In this document: in pieces, positions 1 through 8,271 of the stretch
How positions within the stretch are numbered: position 1 is the stretch's first letter
How the letters are laid out: every line of letters starts with the position of its first letter
Assembly: GCA_900552875.1 (NCBI GenBank)
Contig: USCS01000001.1
Coordinates: forward strand, 1-32,420
Direction: 5' to 3'
DNA: 32,420 nt
From: an uncultured Collinsella sp.
GTDB taxonomy: Bacteria; Actinomycetota; Coriobacteriia; Coriobacteriales; Coriobacteriaceae
Translations under genes and position numbers: made by a program
The notes under the pieces: model-generated
Seen by the model: the letters and a program-made list of their open reading frames with translations, nothing else
The model's database searches: none
Told to the model about the DNA's origin: nothing

Positions 1-453
1 CAGGTCGAGCACGCGCTCGTACTCGTCATCGCGCTCGAGCCCCAGCCTGGTCTTGACCGACACCGGCAAGGGCGAGCGCTCGCATATGTCGCTCAAGAAC
101 ACCTCGAGCTCATCCAGGTTGCGCAAGAAACCCGACCCCTTGCCCTTGGCAACGACCGTTCCCGAGGGACATCCCAAGTTAAGGTTGACCTCGTGGTATC
201 CCATGTCGGCGAGCACCTGCGCCGCCCACACAAACTCATCCGCGTTCTTGGACATGAGCTGGGGCACCACGTTAAGCCCCTGGTTGTTGGCAGGATCGAC
301 CTCCTTAAACGCCTTGCCGCCAAAGCGATTGCCCACCCGCGGCGGCGGCAAAAACGGCGTGTAGTAGCAGTCGAGCGCACCAAAGCATTCTGCATGCACG
401 CGGCGGAACACATGCCCGGTAATCCCCTCCATGGGGGCCAGCGATAGAATCAT
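1..453 (-). CDS. tRNA-dihydrouridine synthase family protein (5' part; runs off window)
   Basis: Not in ORF track; manual translation MILSLAPMEGITGHVFRR...VVPQLM...EVNLNLGCPSGTVVAKGKGSGFLR...PVSVKTRLG shows the Dus motifs LAPMEG, NLGCP, GxG and VSVKxR. Alternative ATG at 459. Confidence 0.9.
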   Translation of the reverse strand, partial: MILSLAPMEGITGHVFRRVHAECFGALDCYYTPFLPPPRVGNRFGGKAFKEVDPANNQGLNVVPQLMSKNADEFVWAAQVLADMGYHEVNLNLGCPSGTVVAKGKGSGFLRNLDELEVFLSDICERSPLPVSVKTRLGLERDDEYERVLDL

Positions 454-472
454 CAACATCAACTTTCAAATC

Positions 473-505
473 AATGTGACAAAGGGACCGTCCCTTTGTC
501 ACATT
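473..505. repeat. REP-like palindrome, copy 1
   Basis: AATGTGACAAAGGGAC-c-GTCCCTTTGTCACATT; perfect 16-bp inverted repeat with 1-nt centre, intergenic. Confidence 0.9.
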
Positions 506-560
506 TGTACATCATTCGAGTGTTTATTTTGGCACAGCGGCGCAGGCAATCCCATGCATG

Positions 561-716
561 TTATTCGTCCTTGGGCAGCGGCTTCATGCTCCAAAAGATG
601 ACGTTCATAATGATGACAATCACCAGGACAACGCCATTGGCCACCCAAAAGCCCATGTTGAGCCCAAGCCACTCCGTAGTCCCAAACAAATCGATCCAAA
701 TCTGAGCCCAGTTCAT
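561..716 (-). CDS. 51-aa small membrane protein downstream of mgtA
   Basis: MNWAQIWIDLFGTTEWLGLNMGFWVANGVVLVIVIIMNVIFWSMKPLPKDE*; strong RBS (AGAGGAG) upstream of ATG; 29 nt after the mgtA stop; one clear hydrophobic helix; below the ORF-track cutoff. Confidence 0.8.
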   Translation of the reverse strand: MNWAQIWIDLFGTTEWLGLNMGFWVANGVVLVIVIIMNVIFWSMKPLPKDE

Positions 717-745
717 GTAAACGCTCCTCTCTACATCGAAGTCAG

Positions 746-3514
746 CTACAGCAACTCGCCGTAACGCTTGACATAGGCCTTCTTAAGGCTCGTCGCCAGC
801 GCCATGTACAGCAAGATGCACGGAATCAGGAACAAGAAGTACTCGACGGGCAGTGCTCCCAGACCCAGCGTGGGGCCAAGCGGGCAAAACGGGATCAGCG
901 TGAGCAGTGCAATGCCGGTCATCGTGAGCAGCATCACCGGAGCCGAGGCACGGCTCTGGATAAACGGCAACTTGGGCGTGCGAATCATATGGATAACCAA
1001 GGTCTGGCTCCACATGGACTCGACGAACCAACCAGCCTGGAACAGCGCGATGTAGGCCAGCTGTATCTGCTCCAGCATGGCGCCCGAGTAGACGCTCGCC
1101 AGCTCGTTGAACAGCACGCCGTGGCTCACAAACAACGGGCAGAAGACAAAGTACATAAAGATGTAGGTCATAAAGTCGAAGATGGAGCTAGTGGGGCCGA
1201 TCCAGATCATGAACCTGCCGACACTCGAGGCATCCCAGGTACGTGGCACGCGCAGGAACTCCTCGTCCACGTTGTCCCAGGGAATCGCCAGGCAGCTGCA
1301 GTCATAGATCAGGTTGAGCAGAATCAGCTGAATGCTCATCATGGGCAAGAACGGCAGCAGGGCAGACGCGGCAAGTACGCTGAACATGTTGCCGAAGTTG
1401 GAGCTCGCGGTCATCTTGATGTACTTGATCATGTTGGCGTAGGTCTTACGCCCCTCGACGATGCCCTCCTCGAGCACCATCAGGTCCTTCTCGAGCAAGA
1501 TGATGTCGGCGGACTCCTTAGCAACGTCGACGGCCGTGTCGACCGAGATGCCGATGTCAGACGACTTCATGGCTGAGGCGTCGTTGATACCGTCGCCCAT
1601 ATAGCCCACCACATGCCCGTTCGCACGCAGGACGGAAACGACGCGCGACTTTTGGTCGGGCGTGAGCTTGGCGAAGACCTGCACATCCTCGGCCCGGCGA
1701 GCGAGCTCGGCGTCATCCATGTCAGCGATGTCACTGCCGAGCAACATGTTGTTGACCTGCAGCCCCACCTGTTTGCAGATGGTACGCGTAACCTTCTCGT
1801 TGTCGCCAGTCAGGATCTTGGTGGCAACGCCGTGATTGCGCAGCGCCTCGATCGCATCGGCCGTCGACTCTTTGGGCGGATCCAAAAAGGCCAGGTAGCC
1901 GATTAGGACCATGTCGCGCTCATCCTCGGCGCTAAAGGCACCGGCGGGTGACGGGTTGGACTTTTGAGCAATCGCCAGCACACGGAAACCGTCGTCATTA
2001 AGGTCGGAAACTGTCGCCAGAATGCGCTCGCGCACCTCGTCGTCCAGCACATGAACGCCGCCGTCGATCTCGGCATGCGAGCACACCGACAGCATTTCCT
2101 CGACCGCGCCCTTGGTAACCATCTGGGTCTTGCCGCTGCGATCGCGCACCACCGTGGTGAGGCGACGGCGCGTAAAGTCGAACGGCACCTCATCGACCTT
2201 CACGTAGGCCTCGGAAAGATCGGTGAGACTCGGGTCGTTTTGCTCCTCTTCCTCCGTGCACTTGATGATCGCCAGATCCATCAGATTCTTGTAGCCCGTC
2301 TGGAAATAGCTGTTGAGGTAGGCGTGGCGCAAAACGCGCGAATCCTCCTGGCCGTCGATGTTCCAGTGATACTCCAGCACCACCTGGTCCTGCGTAAGCG
2401 TGCCGGTCTTGTCGGTGCACAGCACGTCCATCGCGCCAAAGTTTTGAATCGAGTTGAGGTTCTTAACGATCGTCTGCTTTTTACTCATGGCAACCGCGCC
2501 CTTGGCAAGGCACGTGGTAACGATCATGGGCAGCATCTCGGGCGTCAGACCCACGGCAATGCTGATGGCGAACAGGCCGGCATCGAGCCAATTGCCCTTC
2601 GTGACGCCGTTGATCAAAAAGACAAACGGAACCATTACCATCATAAAGCGGATGAGCACCCACGAGACGCTGTTGACGCCCTTGGAAAAGCTCGTCTCCG
2701 CAGCGTCGTCGGACAGGCTCGACGCCATGGAACCAAACAGGGTCTGCTCGCCCACGCTAAAGACGAGCGCCGTCGCGCTGCCCGATATCACGCTGCTGCC
2801 CATGAGGGCAATGTTCTCGAACGACGTGGCCGAATCGGACTCGGTGCAGGTCGTGGGGACCTTCTCGACCGGCTCGCTCTCGCCCGTCAGGCTGGCCTGG
2901 CCCACAAAGAGGTCCTTGGCCTCGATAATCCTCACGTCGGCGGGAATCATGTCACCGGCGGACAGATGCACGATGTCGCCGACCACCACGTCGTCGATGG
3001 GAATCTCGGTCCTGGGGACATCCTTGCGGGTGACCGTCACGGTGGTCGTGATCATGTCGAGCAGCTTTTCGGCCGCATTGCCGCTACGCGCTTCCTGGAC
3101 ATAGCGCAGCGTGCCCGAAAGAACCACCATCGTGGTGATGATAATCACCGTCAGCGGGTCAAAGTCCTCCGGCGTGTTGCCCATCATCGACAACGCCGGG
3201 AATATCATGTCCGTCGTTGCCGAGATAATGGCTAGGAAAAACAGGATTGCCGTAAAGGGATTGACGAATGCATCCGCGAGCTTGCGGACAAGCGACTTTT
3301 TCTTGCCGCGCGTGACCACGTTGCGTCCGTTATCGGCCTCGCTGTGCGCGACCTCGTCGCGGTCCAGACCACCCAGGTTCGAGCCCACCCAGGACATGGC
3401 GTCCATCAGCGGGATAGTTGCCGCATGCTGGATGCGGCCCTCTGCACGATGCCTGATCAGTTCGTTTTGCGCCTGGACTGCAGATGGCGTATGGCGCATA
3501 TTCAGCTTCTTCAA
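746..3514 (-). CDS. mgtA: Magnesium-translocating P-type ATPase (P3B)
   Basis: 922 aa; TGES, PEMLP, DKTGTLT, KGA, DPP, TGD, GDGIND, and MgtA-typical SSNFGN and [12 protein letters not shown] start with GGAG upstream. Confidence 0.93.
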   Translation of the reverse strand: MKKLNMRHTPSAVQAQNELIRHRAEGRIQHAATIPLMDAMSWVGSNLGGLDRDEVAHSEADNGRNVVTRGKKKSLVRKLADAFVNPFTAILFFLAIISATTDMIFPALSMMGNTPEDFDPLTVIIITTMVVLSGTLRYVQEARSGNAAEKLLDMITTTVTVTRKDVPRTEIPIDDVVVGDIVHLSAGDMIPADVRIIEAKDLFVGQASLTGESEPVEKVPTTCTESDSATSFENIALMGSSVISGSATALVFSVGEQTLFGSMASSLSDDAAETSFSKGVNSVSWVLIRFMMVMVPFVFLINGVTKGNWLDAGLFAISIAVGLTPEMLPMIVTTCLAKGAVAMSKKQTIVKNLNSIQNFGAMDVLCTDKTGTLTQDQVVLEYHWNIDGQEDSRVLRHAYLNSYFQTGYKNLMDLAIIKCTEEEEQNDPSLTDLSEAYVKVDEVPFDFTRRRLTTVVRDRSGKTQMVTKGAVEEMLSVCSHAEIDGGVHVLDDEVRERILATVSDLNDDGFRVLAIAQKSNPSPAGAFSAEDERDMVLIGYLAFLDPPKESTADAIEALRNHGVATKILTGDNEKVTRTICKQVGLQVNNMLLGSDIADMDDAELARRAEDVQVFAKLTPDQKSRVVSVLRANGHVVGYMGDGINDASAMKSSDIGISVDTAVDVAKESADIILLEKDLMVLEEGIVEGRKTYANMIKYIKMTASSNFGNMFSVLAASALLPFLPMMSIQLILLNLIYDCSCLAIPWDNVDEEFLRVPRTWDASSVGRFMIWIGPTSSIFDFMTYIFMYFVFCPLFVSHGVLFNELASVYSGAMLEQIQLAYIALFQAGWFVESMWSQTLVIHMIRTPKLPFIQSRASAPVMLLTMTGIALLTLIPFCPLGPTLGLGALPVEYFLFLIPCILLYMALATSLKKAYVKRYGELL

Positions 3515-3552
3515 TTGCCTTGCTCCGTTCTGTCGATCGGATGCAGAGCCGT

Positions 3553-3633
3553 CTAGCCGCGACGCCCGCCATTAAGGTGGACCTGCGCCGGCAGACATCG
3601 CCCTGCCTTGCTGGTACTGTCACTGCCGCTCAC
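3553..3633 (-). CDS. Candidate 26-aa leader ORF in the mgtA 5' region
   Basis: AAGGTGAGG then GTG...TAG, giving [26 protein letters not shown]; lies between the predicted promoter and mgtA. Confidence 0.35.
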   Translation of the reverse strand: MSGSDSTSKAGRCLPAQVHLNGGRRG

Positions 3634-3669
3634 GGTCCTCACCTTCCCTTCGCGTCTGCGACTGTCCTT

Positions 3670-3724
3670 AGAATAGAAAAGCCGCAAGACCGGGCACATG
3701 GCTGGTTTCTTGCGGCTTTCTTGC
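3670..3724 (-). promoter_or_regulatory. Predicted mgtA promoter with tandem GCAAGAAA boxes
   Basis: Minus strand: GCAAGAAA-gcc-GCAAGAAA (3724-3706, 11-bp period), then 30 nt, then TATTCT (3675-3670). Confidence 0.6.
3674..3720 (-). terminator. Intrinsic terminator-like hairpin after the wHTH regulator gene
   Basis: Inverted repeat AAAGCCGCAAGA (3678-3689) / TCTTGCGGCTTT (3708-3719); on the minus strand it ends in TTTTCT; overlaps the promoter boxes. Confidence 0.55.
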
Positions 3725-3784
3725 GATTTGGCAAGGATTGTCAGAGTGGCTTTTGGGGTCGATAGAAGCGGACGATTCAACGCG

Positions 3785-4267
3785 TTACTCGGCTATTTTA
3801 TAGCCCACACCCCAAACAGTTAGCAGGTACCGGGGATTGTCGGGCTCGGGTTCAATCTTCTTTCGGATCTTGCGGACAAAGGCCATGATGTTACTGTCAT
3901 CGAGCAGATATTCGTCTTGCCATACAGCGCGATAGATTTCCTCTTTGCTAAAGACTGTGCCCCGGTTGCTCGCCAAAAAGGCCAGGATATCGAATTCTTT
4001 GGGCGTGAGCGAAACGGGCGCGCCCGACACTTTAACGGTGCGCGAAGCCAGATCGATGGAAAGATCGCCGATAACGATGGGCTCCGCAGCGGCACTTGTC
4101 TGCGAGCCGGCAACTGTCAGTTCTATGGCGGTCAGCCCGCCCGATGCGATATCGGCAAACACGGGTGCAAGTTCGAGAGCGGCGGCGCTACCGGACGAGA
4201 ACAGCGCGTTGCTGAGCTCGGCGGCCTCTGCCGGCGTAATCGCTATGTTGGTTCTGTTGGTACGCAT
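3785..4267 (-). CDS. OmpR/PhoB-type winged-helix regulator lacking a receiver domain
   Basis: 160 aa; C-terminal LTPKEFDIL...VFSKEEIYRAVW...RKIRKKIEPEPDNPRYLLTVWGVGYK; the ~60-aa N-terminus has no receiver DD/D/K motifs; starts 9 nt after the upstream ATPase stop. Confidence 0.85.
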   Translation of the reverse strand: MRTNRTNIAITPAEAAELSNALFSSGSAAALELAPVFADIASGGLTAIELTVAGSQTSAAAEPIVIGDLSIDLASRTVKVSGAPVSLTPKEFDILAFLASNRGTVFSKEEIYRAVWQDEYLLDDSNIMAFVRKIRKKIEPEPDNPRYLLTVWGVGYKIAE

Positions 4268-4276
4268 AGAACCGCC

Positions 4277-6721
4277 CTAGAACAGACTGCTCGAGCGGGA
4301 CAGGTAAACCCGCTTGATCGTCGAAACAACAACAAGATACAACACGCTCAGCAGTGCAACGATGCCCAGATACCACATGGGCAGCGTGACAAGGCCGAGC
4401 AGTTGCGCGGCAGGACTCAGCGCGAGAAGGGCCGAGGCGATAAGCATGGTGGCGACCATTATCACGAGCGGACGACACGGCCGGTCCCCGTCGCGAACAT
4501 TGCGCGCTCGCAAGACGAGGAGCACGAGCGATTCGGTCCAAGCGCACTCCAGTAACCATCCGGTCTGGAAGGTCGCGATAAAGGCCGCCTGGCCCGCAGC
4601 ACTCAACGTGACAAAGGACCCACCGCACACCGCGGGGCAAACGCCCAAGAGTAAAATGGCAAACGTGATGATGTCAAACGCCGAACTCGCGAAGCCAAAG
4701 TGAAGCATAAAGCTGCCGAGGCCCTTGCCCGACCATGCCTTGGGACGGGCGATCTCCGCATCGTCGACGTTATCCCACGAGAGCGCCAGGCAGGTGGCGT
4801 CATAGCACAGGTTGAGCAAAAGCAGCTGAGCGGCGGTTGCCGGCAAAAACGGCAGGAAGATACTCGAGGCGGCAACCGAGCAGATATTGCCAAAGTTGGA
4901 ACTCGACGCGATGCGAATGTACTTGGAAGCGTTGGCGAACGAAGTCCTGCCTTCGCTGACGCCCTCGGCGACCACGCCCAGGTCGCGCTCGAGCAGTACC
5001 AGATCGGCAACCTTTTTGGATTCCGCTGCCGCCGAGTCCACAACGATGCCGACATCTGCCGACGTAAGCGCCGGCACATCGTTCACACCATCGCCGATAT
5101 AGCCGACCGTATGGCCAGAGAGTCGAATGAGACTGACAACGTGAGCCTTTTGCGCGGGCGTGAGCTCGGCAAACACACGAGTACGCCCCACGCGAACAAG
5201 CGCCTCGGACTCCTCCATGGCATCGAGCATGCTGCCGGTGATAACGCTATCGGCAGGAATGCCCAGGCGCGAACAGGTTGACCGGGCAACCGAAGCCGAG
5301 TCGCCGGTAAGCACGCGCACCTCAACGGAAAGGTCGGACAGCGCGCGCACGGCGGCGCGAGCGCTTGCCTTGGGCCGATCGAAAAAGCCCAAAAAGCCGC
5401 AGAGCACCAGGTCACCCCAGTCCGAAGACGTTGTGCTGTAGGCAACGGCGAGGACCTTGATGCCGTCGGCACGCATGTCCTCGGCAACCTCATAGGCGCT
5501 CTGGCGGCCCGCGGCGTCCATGGGGACGAGTTCCCCTTTAAAGTTGGCCCAGGCACAACGAGCGCAAACACTCTCGACCTCGCCCTTTACGATGGTCAAG
5601 TGATTGCCAGGGCGAGTCTGCAGCCCCAGGCAACCAAGCGCCCCAGGCATGGCATCGAGCTTAACACCCGAAGCCTTGGTGACGTGGTCGAAAGGATCAG
5701 ATGCGTGCAGGGTAAATGCGCCTGCGAGGTCTTTGGCGGCGAGACGCAACTCGGGCGCGGCGCACGCGTCGGCAATGGCCCGGTTGAGCTGGTTGGCGGC
5801 CGCCCCCTGGCTCGTACTCTCCAAATACGCCAGGTTGAGCGTTTGCTCGCTTTCGTTGCCCAGGATATCGGTATAGTACTCGAGCACCGCGGCGTCCTCG
5901 GTGAGCGTGCCCGTCTTGTCCACGCACACCACGTCCATGGAGCCCAGTGATTCCATGGCGTCAACGTTTTTAACAATGACCTGTTTGTTCTTAAGGCGAT
6001 GCGCGCTGCCCGAAAGGCACACGCTTGTGACGACTGGCAGCATCTCGGGGACCAGGCCAACGGCCGTGCCCAGGGCAAACAGCAGGGCCTGCGGCCAGTC
6101 GCCCAGCACAAAACCTCGAATCATAATGACAAACGGCAGCACGATGAGCATGCACCTCACCAGGGCGGCACAGATGCTCCTGGCACCAGCGCCAAACTGC
6201 GTGCCTAGCCGAGCGCGCCGCGGCGATGTGGGCGGCTCCTCGGCAACGCGAGCGTGAACGGTTGCCGAAGCCTTTCCGTCAATGATGGTCGTTCCAGCAC
6301 GGACGGCCTCCCCTTCTCGCTTGACGGTCTGACCGCTCTCGCCCGTAAGCGACGATTCGGAGACAAGGATGTGGTCGCCCTTGGCAAGGACCGCATCGAC
6401 CGGGCAGAGCATACCGGCATACAGGCGAATCACATCGCCAGGCACGAGCTGGTCGGAATCGACTTGAATCCAGCAAGCGTCGACACGTTTCCAAACGGCC
6501 GCATGGTTCGCCTTAAACATGTGCCGGTCGAAGCTGCGCTTGGCTTCGTTTTCGTAGAACAGGCGCACCAGGCCGCCGACCAGCCACATCAAAAACAGCA
6601 CGGCAGGTGCGAACACTCCTGTCTGGCCTTGCGCCTGCGGTACGACGTCGACCAAAAAGGCCAAGCCGGCAAGTGCAAGCAGCAGCGACGAAAACGGATT
6701 AAAGAACGATTTTTTAATCAT
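4277..6721 (-). CDS. Divergent MgtA-like P-type ATPase
   Basis: 814 aa; TGES, PEMLP, DKTGTLT, TGD, GDGVND, SSNFGN, NLCYD and FQTGW; begins almost directly at TM1; RBS AGAAAGAGG. Confidence 0.88.
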   Translation of the reverse strand: MIKKSFFNPFSSLLLALAGLAFLVDVVPQAQGQTGVFAPAVLFLMWLVGGLVRLFYENEAKRSFDRHMFKANHAAVWKRVDACWIQVDSDQLVPGDVIRLYAGMLCPVDAVLAKGDHILVSESSLTGESGQTVKREGEAVRAGTTIIDGKASATVHARVAEEPPTSPRRARLGTQFGAGARSICAALVRCMLIVLPFVIMIRGFVLGDWPQALLFALGTAVGLVPEMLPVVTSVCLSGSAHRLKNKQVIVKNVDAMESLGSMDVVCVDKTGTLTEDAAVLEYYTDILGNESEQTLNLAYLESTSQGAAANQLNRAIADACAAPELRLAAKDLAGAFTLHASDPFDHVTKASGVKLDAMPGALGCLGLQTRPGNHLTIVKGEVESVCARCAWANFKGELVPMDAAGRQSAYEVAEDMRADGIKVLAVAYSTTSSDWGDLVLCGFLGFFDRPKASARAAVRALSDLSVEVRVLTGDSASVARSTCSRLGIPADSVITGSMLDAMEESEALVRVGRTRVFAELTPAQKAHVVSLIRLSGHTVGYIGDGVNDVPALTSADVGIVVDSAAAESKKVADLVLLERDLGVVAEGVSEGRTSFANASKYIRIASSSNFGNICSVAASSIFLPFLPATAAQLLLLNLCYDATCLALSWDNVDDAEIARPKAWSGKGLGSFMLHFGFASSAFDIITFAILLLGVCPAVCGGSFVTLSAAGQAAFIATFQTGWLLECAWTESLVLLVLRARNVRDGDRPCRPLVIMVATMLIASALLALSPAAQLLGLVTLPMWYLGIVALLSVLYLVVVSTIKRVYLSRSSSLF

Positions 6722-6747
6722 CGAAGCCTCTTTCTAGCATGGCTTCG

Positions 6748-6802
6748 ATTGTATCCGAGGCGTATACCAGCATCCCCGCCCCAGACCTTGCGACTTCCTT
6801 GC
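6748..6802 (-). promoter_or_regulatory. Predicted promoter of the ATPase-regulator operon with tandem GCAAGG boxes
   Basis: Minus strand: GCAAGGAA-gtc-GCAAGGTC (6802-6784, 11-bp period), then 30 nt, then TACAAT (6753-6748). Confidence 0.6.
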
Positions 6803-7077
6803 TTTTACGCGTGACAAAGTTTTGCTATTGCTCACTTGCGCCGCACTTGGGATGCAGGGTAAACAGTGAAGGAGCTGCAGAGCAGGCCTACGCTCCAGTT
6901 GCCGCTCAAAAACGCCGTGACCACGTCGCAGATATCCTTGCTCGCGCTCATCTTGGTTGGGGACATCGGCCTTCTGCTCATTGCGGTGAGTATCTTGCTC
7001 TATGCTCTTATCCAACGCTAGCCCAGACTGACGCGCCCCGCGCGCCGCAACGACCGCCACGACACCAAGGACCGGCA

Positions 7078-8211
7078 ATGGCTACACTTTCCGAACAAGA
7101 ACGCAAGCGCATCCGGCGATACTGCATCTACCCCAAGATTGCCGGTGCGGCGCTTGCCATGGCATTCGTGCTGCCATTTTTGATCATTCCCTTCGAAATG
7201 ATTGACGACATCGTCTTTCATCACGAAGGCTTCCAAGAGACGGGTATGATGACCGCCCTGGTGCTCACCGCCATCGAGCTCGTCATATTCTGCTACTGCA
7301 CGTTCGCGCCACGCTTTGGTATGCGCGGCAAGCAGTGGAAGAAAATGCAGCGCCGACTCGTCGTCGAGCAGACCGAGAAAGACCGCTCGGCACAAATCGC
7401 AGGCGTTGTCGGTACGCAGGCCGCCGCGCGCTTACTCAAGAACAGCGACAACGAGACCGCACGCAATCTGGGCAGCGCGGCAGAAGTCACCGCTGCCGTA
7501 GGCGCCGTTGCCACCGCAGCAGACGTGCTTACCGAGAGCTTCGCTAACGCAAAGGCCATGGCGGAGGCCTGCGGCTTGCCTATCCCCCGTGCAAAAAAGT
7601 GGATCATCGCGCTTGTGGCGCTACCCCTCGCAATCGTATGCGGTGCCTATATCCCGCAGCTGGCGCAGGGAAACACCGAGATGCAGGAGAACGCCGCGGC
7701 CGCGGCCGAGCAGATCGCCATCGCCCGCAAGACGTTAGAGCCCGCATGCGAGTACGTGTCTGCCGATGACCCTTACGAGCGATATCAAGATTACGGCTAT
7801 CACGTCCGCGGCTACTTGCACGACGGCGACTCCGATACCCAGAAGACCTATACGTACCTGGATTTCGACAACAAGGGAACGCTCAAGGAAGTGAGTTACG
7901 TAGCAGAAATCGACCCCGATGCGAGCCTTGAGGACAACCTCGCCCGCATCGAGCTCGACTTTGACGAGCTTTCCTCTGTCGTCCAAACCGCAGACGTCAA
8001 GACCGTGAGCCCCGAGCTCCTAGCACCGCAAAAGCTCCCCGAAGAGTTTAGGCAGGCTTTCTTGAACGGTTCGCTCTACGAGAGAATCTCCATCAGGACG
8101 AGCGACGACCCCGTCAAAGCGTATTACTCGTTTGACACGGATCCCGAGGACGAGTTTGACGAGTACACCCATCCAAGCATCCGTATCACGTTGATGGGTA
8201 AAACGAGCTAG
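7078..8211 (+). CDS. Hypothetical membrane protein (about 3 TM helices plus a C-terminal acidic extracytoplasmic domain)
   Basis: Likely start is ATG 7078 (MATLSEQERK) after AAGGA, rather than 6739; hydrophobic segments; GC3-rich codon usage. Confidence 0.75.
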   Translation: MATLSEQERKRIRRYCIYPKIAGAALAMAFVLPFLIIPFEMIDDIVFHHEGFQETGMMTALVLTAIELVIFCYCTFAPRFGMRGKQWKKMQRRLVVEQTEKDRSAQIAGVVGTQAAARLLKNSDNETARNLGSAAEVTAAVGAVATAADVLTESFANAKAMAEACGLPIPRAKKWIIALVALPLAIVCGAYIPQLAQGNTEMQENAAAAAEQIAIARKTLEPACEYVSADDPYERYQDYGYHVRGYLHDGDSDTQKTYTYLDFDNKGTLKEVSYVAEIDPDASLEDNLARIELDFDELSSVVQTADVKTVSPELLAPQKLPEEFRQAFLNGSLYERISIRTSDDPVKAYYSFDTDPEDEFDEYTHPSIRITLMGKTS

Positions 8212-8239
8212 GCGCAGGAGGGGGGCTGCCCCTTCCCCC

Positions 8240-8271
8240 ATGTGGCAAAGGGACAGCCCCTTTGTCACATT
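8240..8271. repeat. REP-like palindrome, copy 2 (degenerate)
   Basis: ATGTGGCAAAGGGAC-a-GCCCCTTTGTCACATT; lies between convergent genes and overlaps the ABC gene stop codon. Confidence 0.85.

Noticed and set aside
3520..3660. M-box (ykoK) riboswitch upstream of mgtA, suggested by AGGTGAGG
   Set aside because: The other conserved M-box elements are not recognisable, and the motif is better explained as an SD. An Infernal search with the ykoK model would settle it.
6811..6819. GTGACAAAG matching part of the REP arm at the right edge of the Mg locus
   Set aside because: Only 9 nt with no partner arm; compatible with chance.
6739..7077. N-terminal extension of the 490-aa ORF
   Set aside because: Overlaps the divergent promoter and looks non-coding; the RBS supports ATG 7078.
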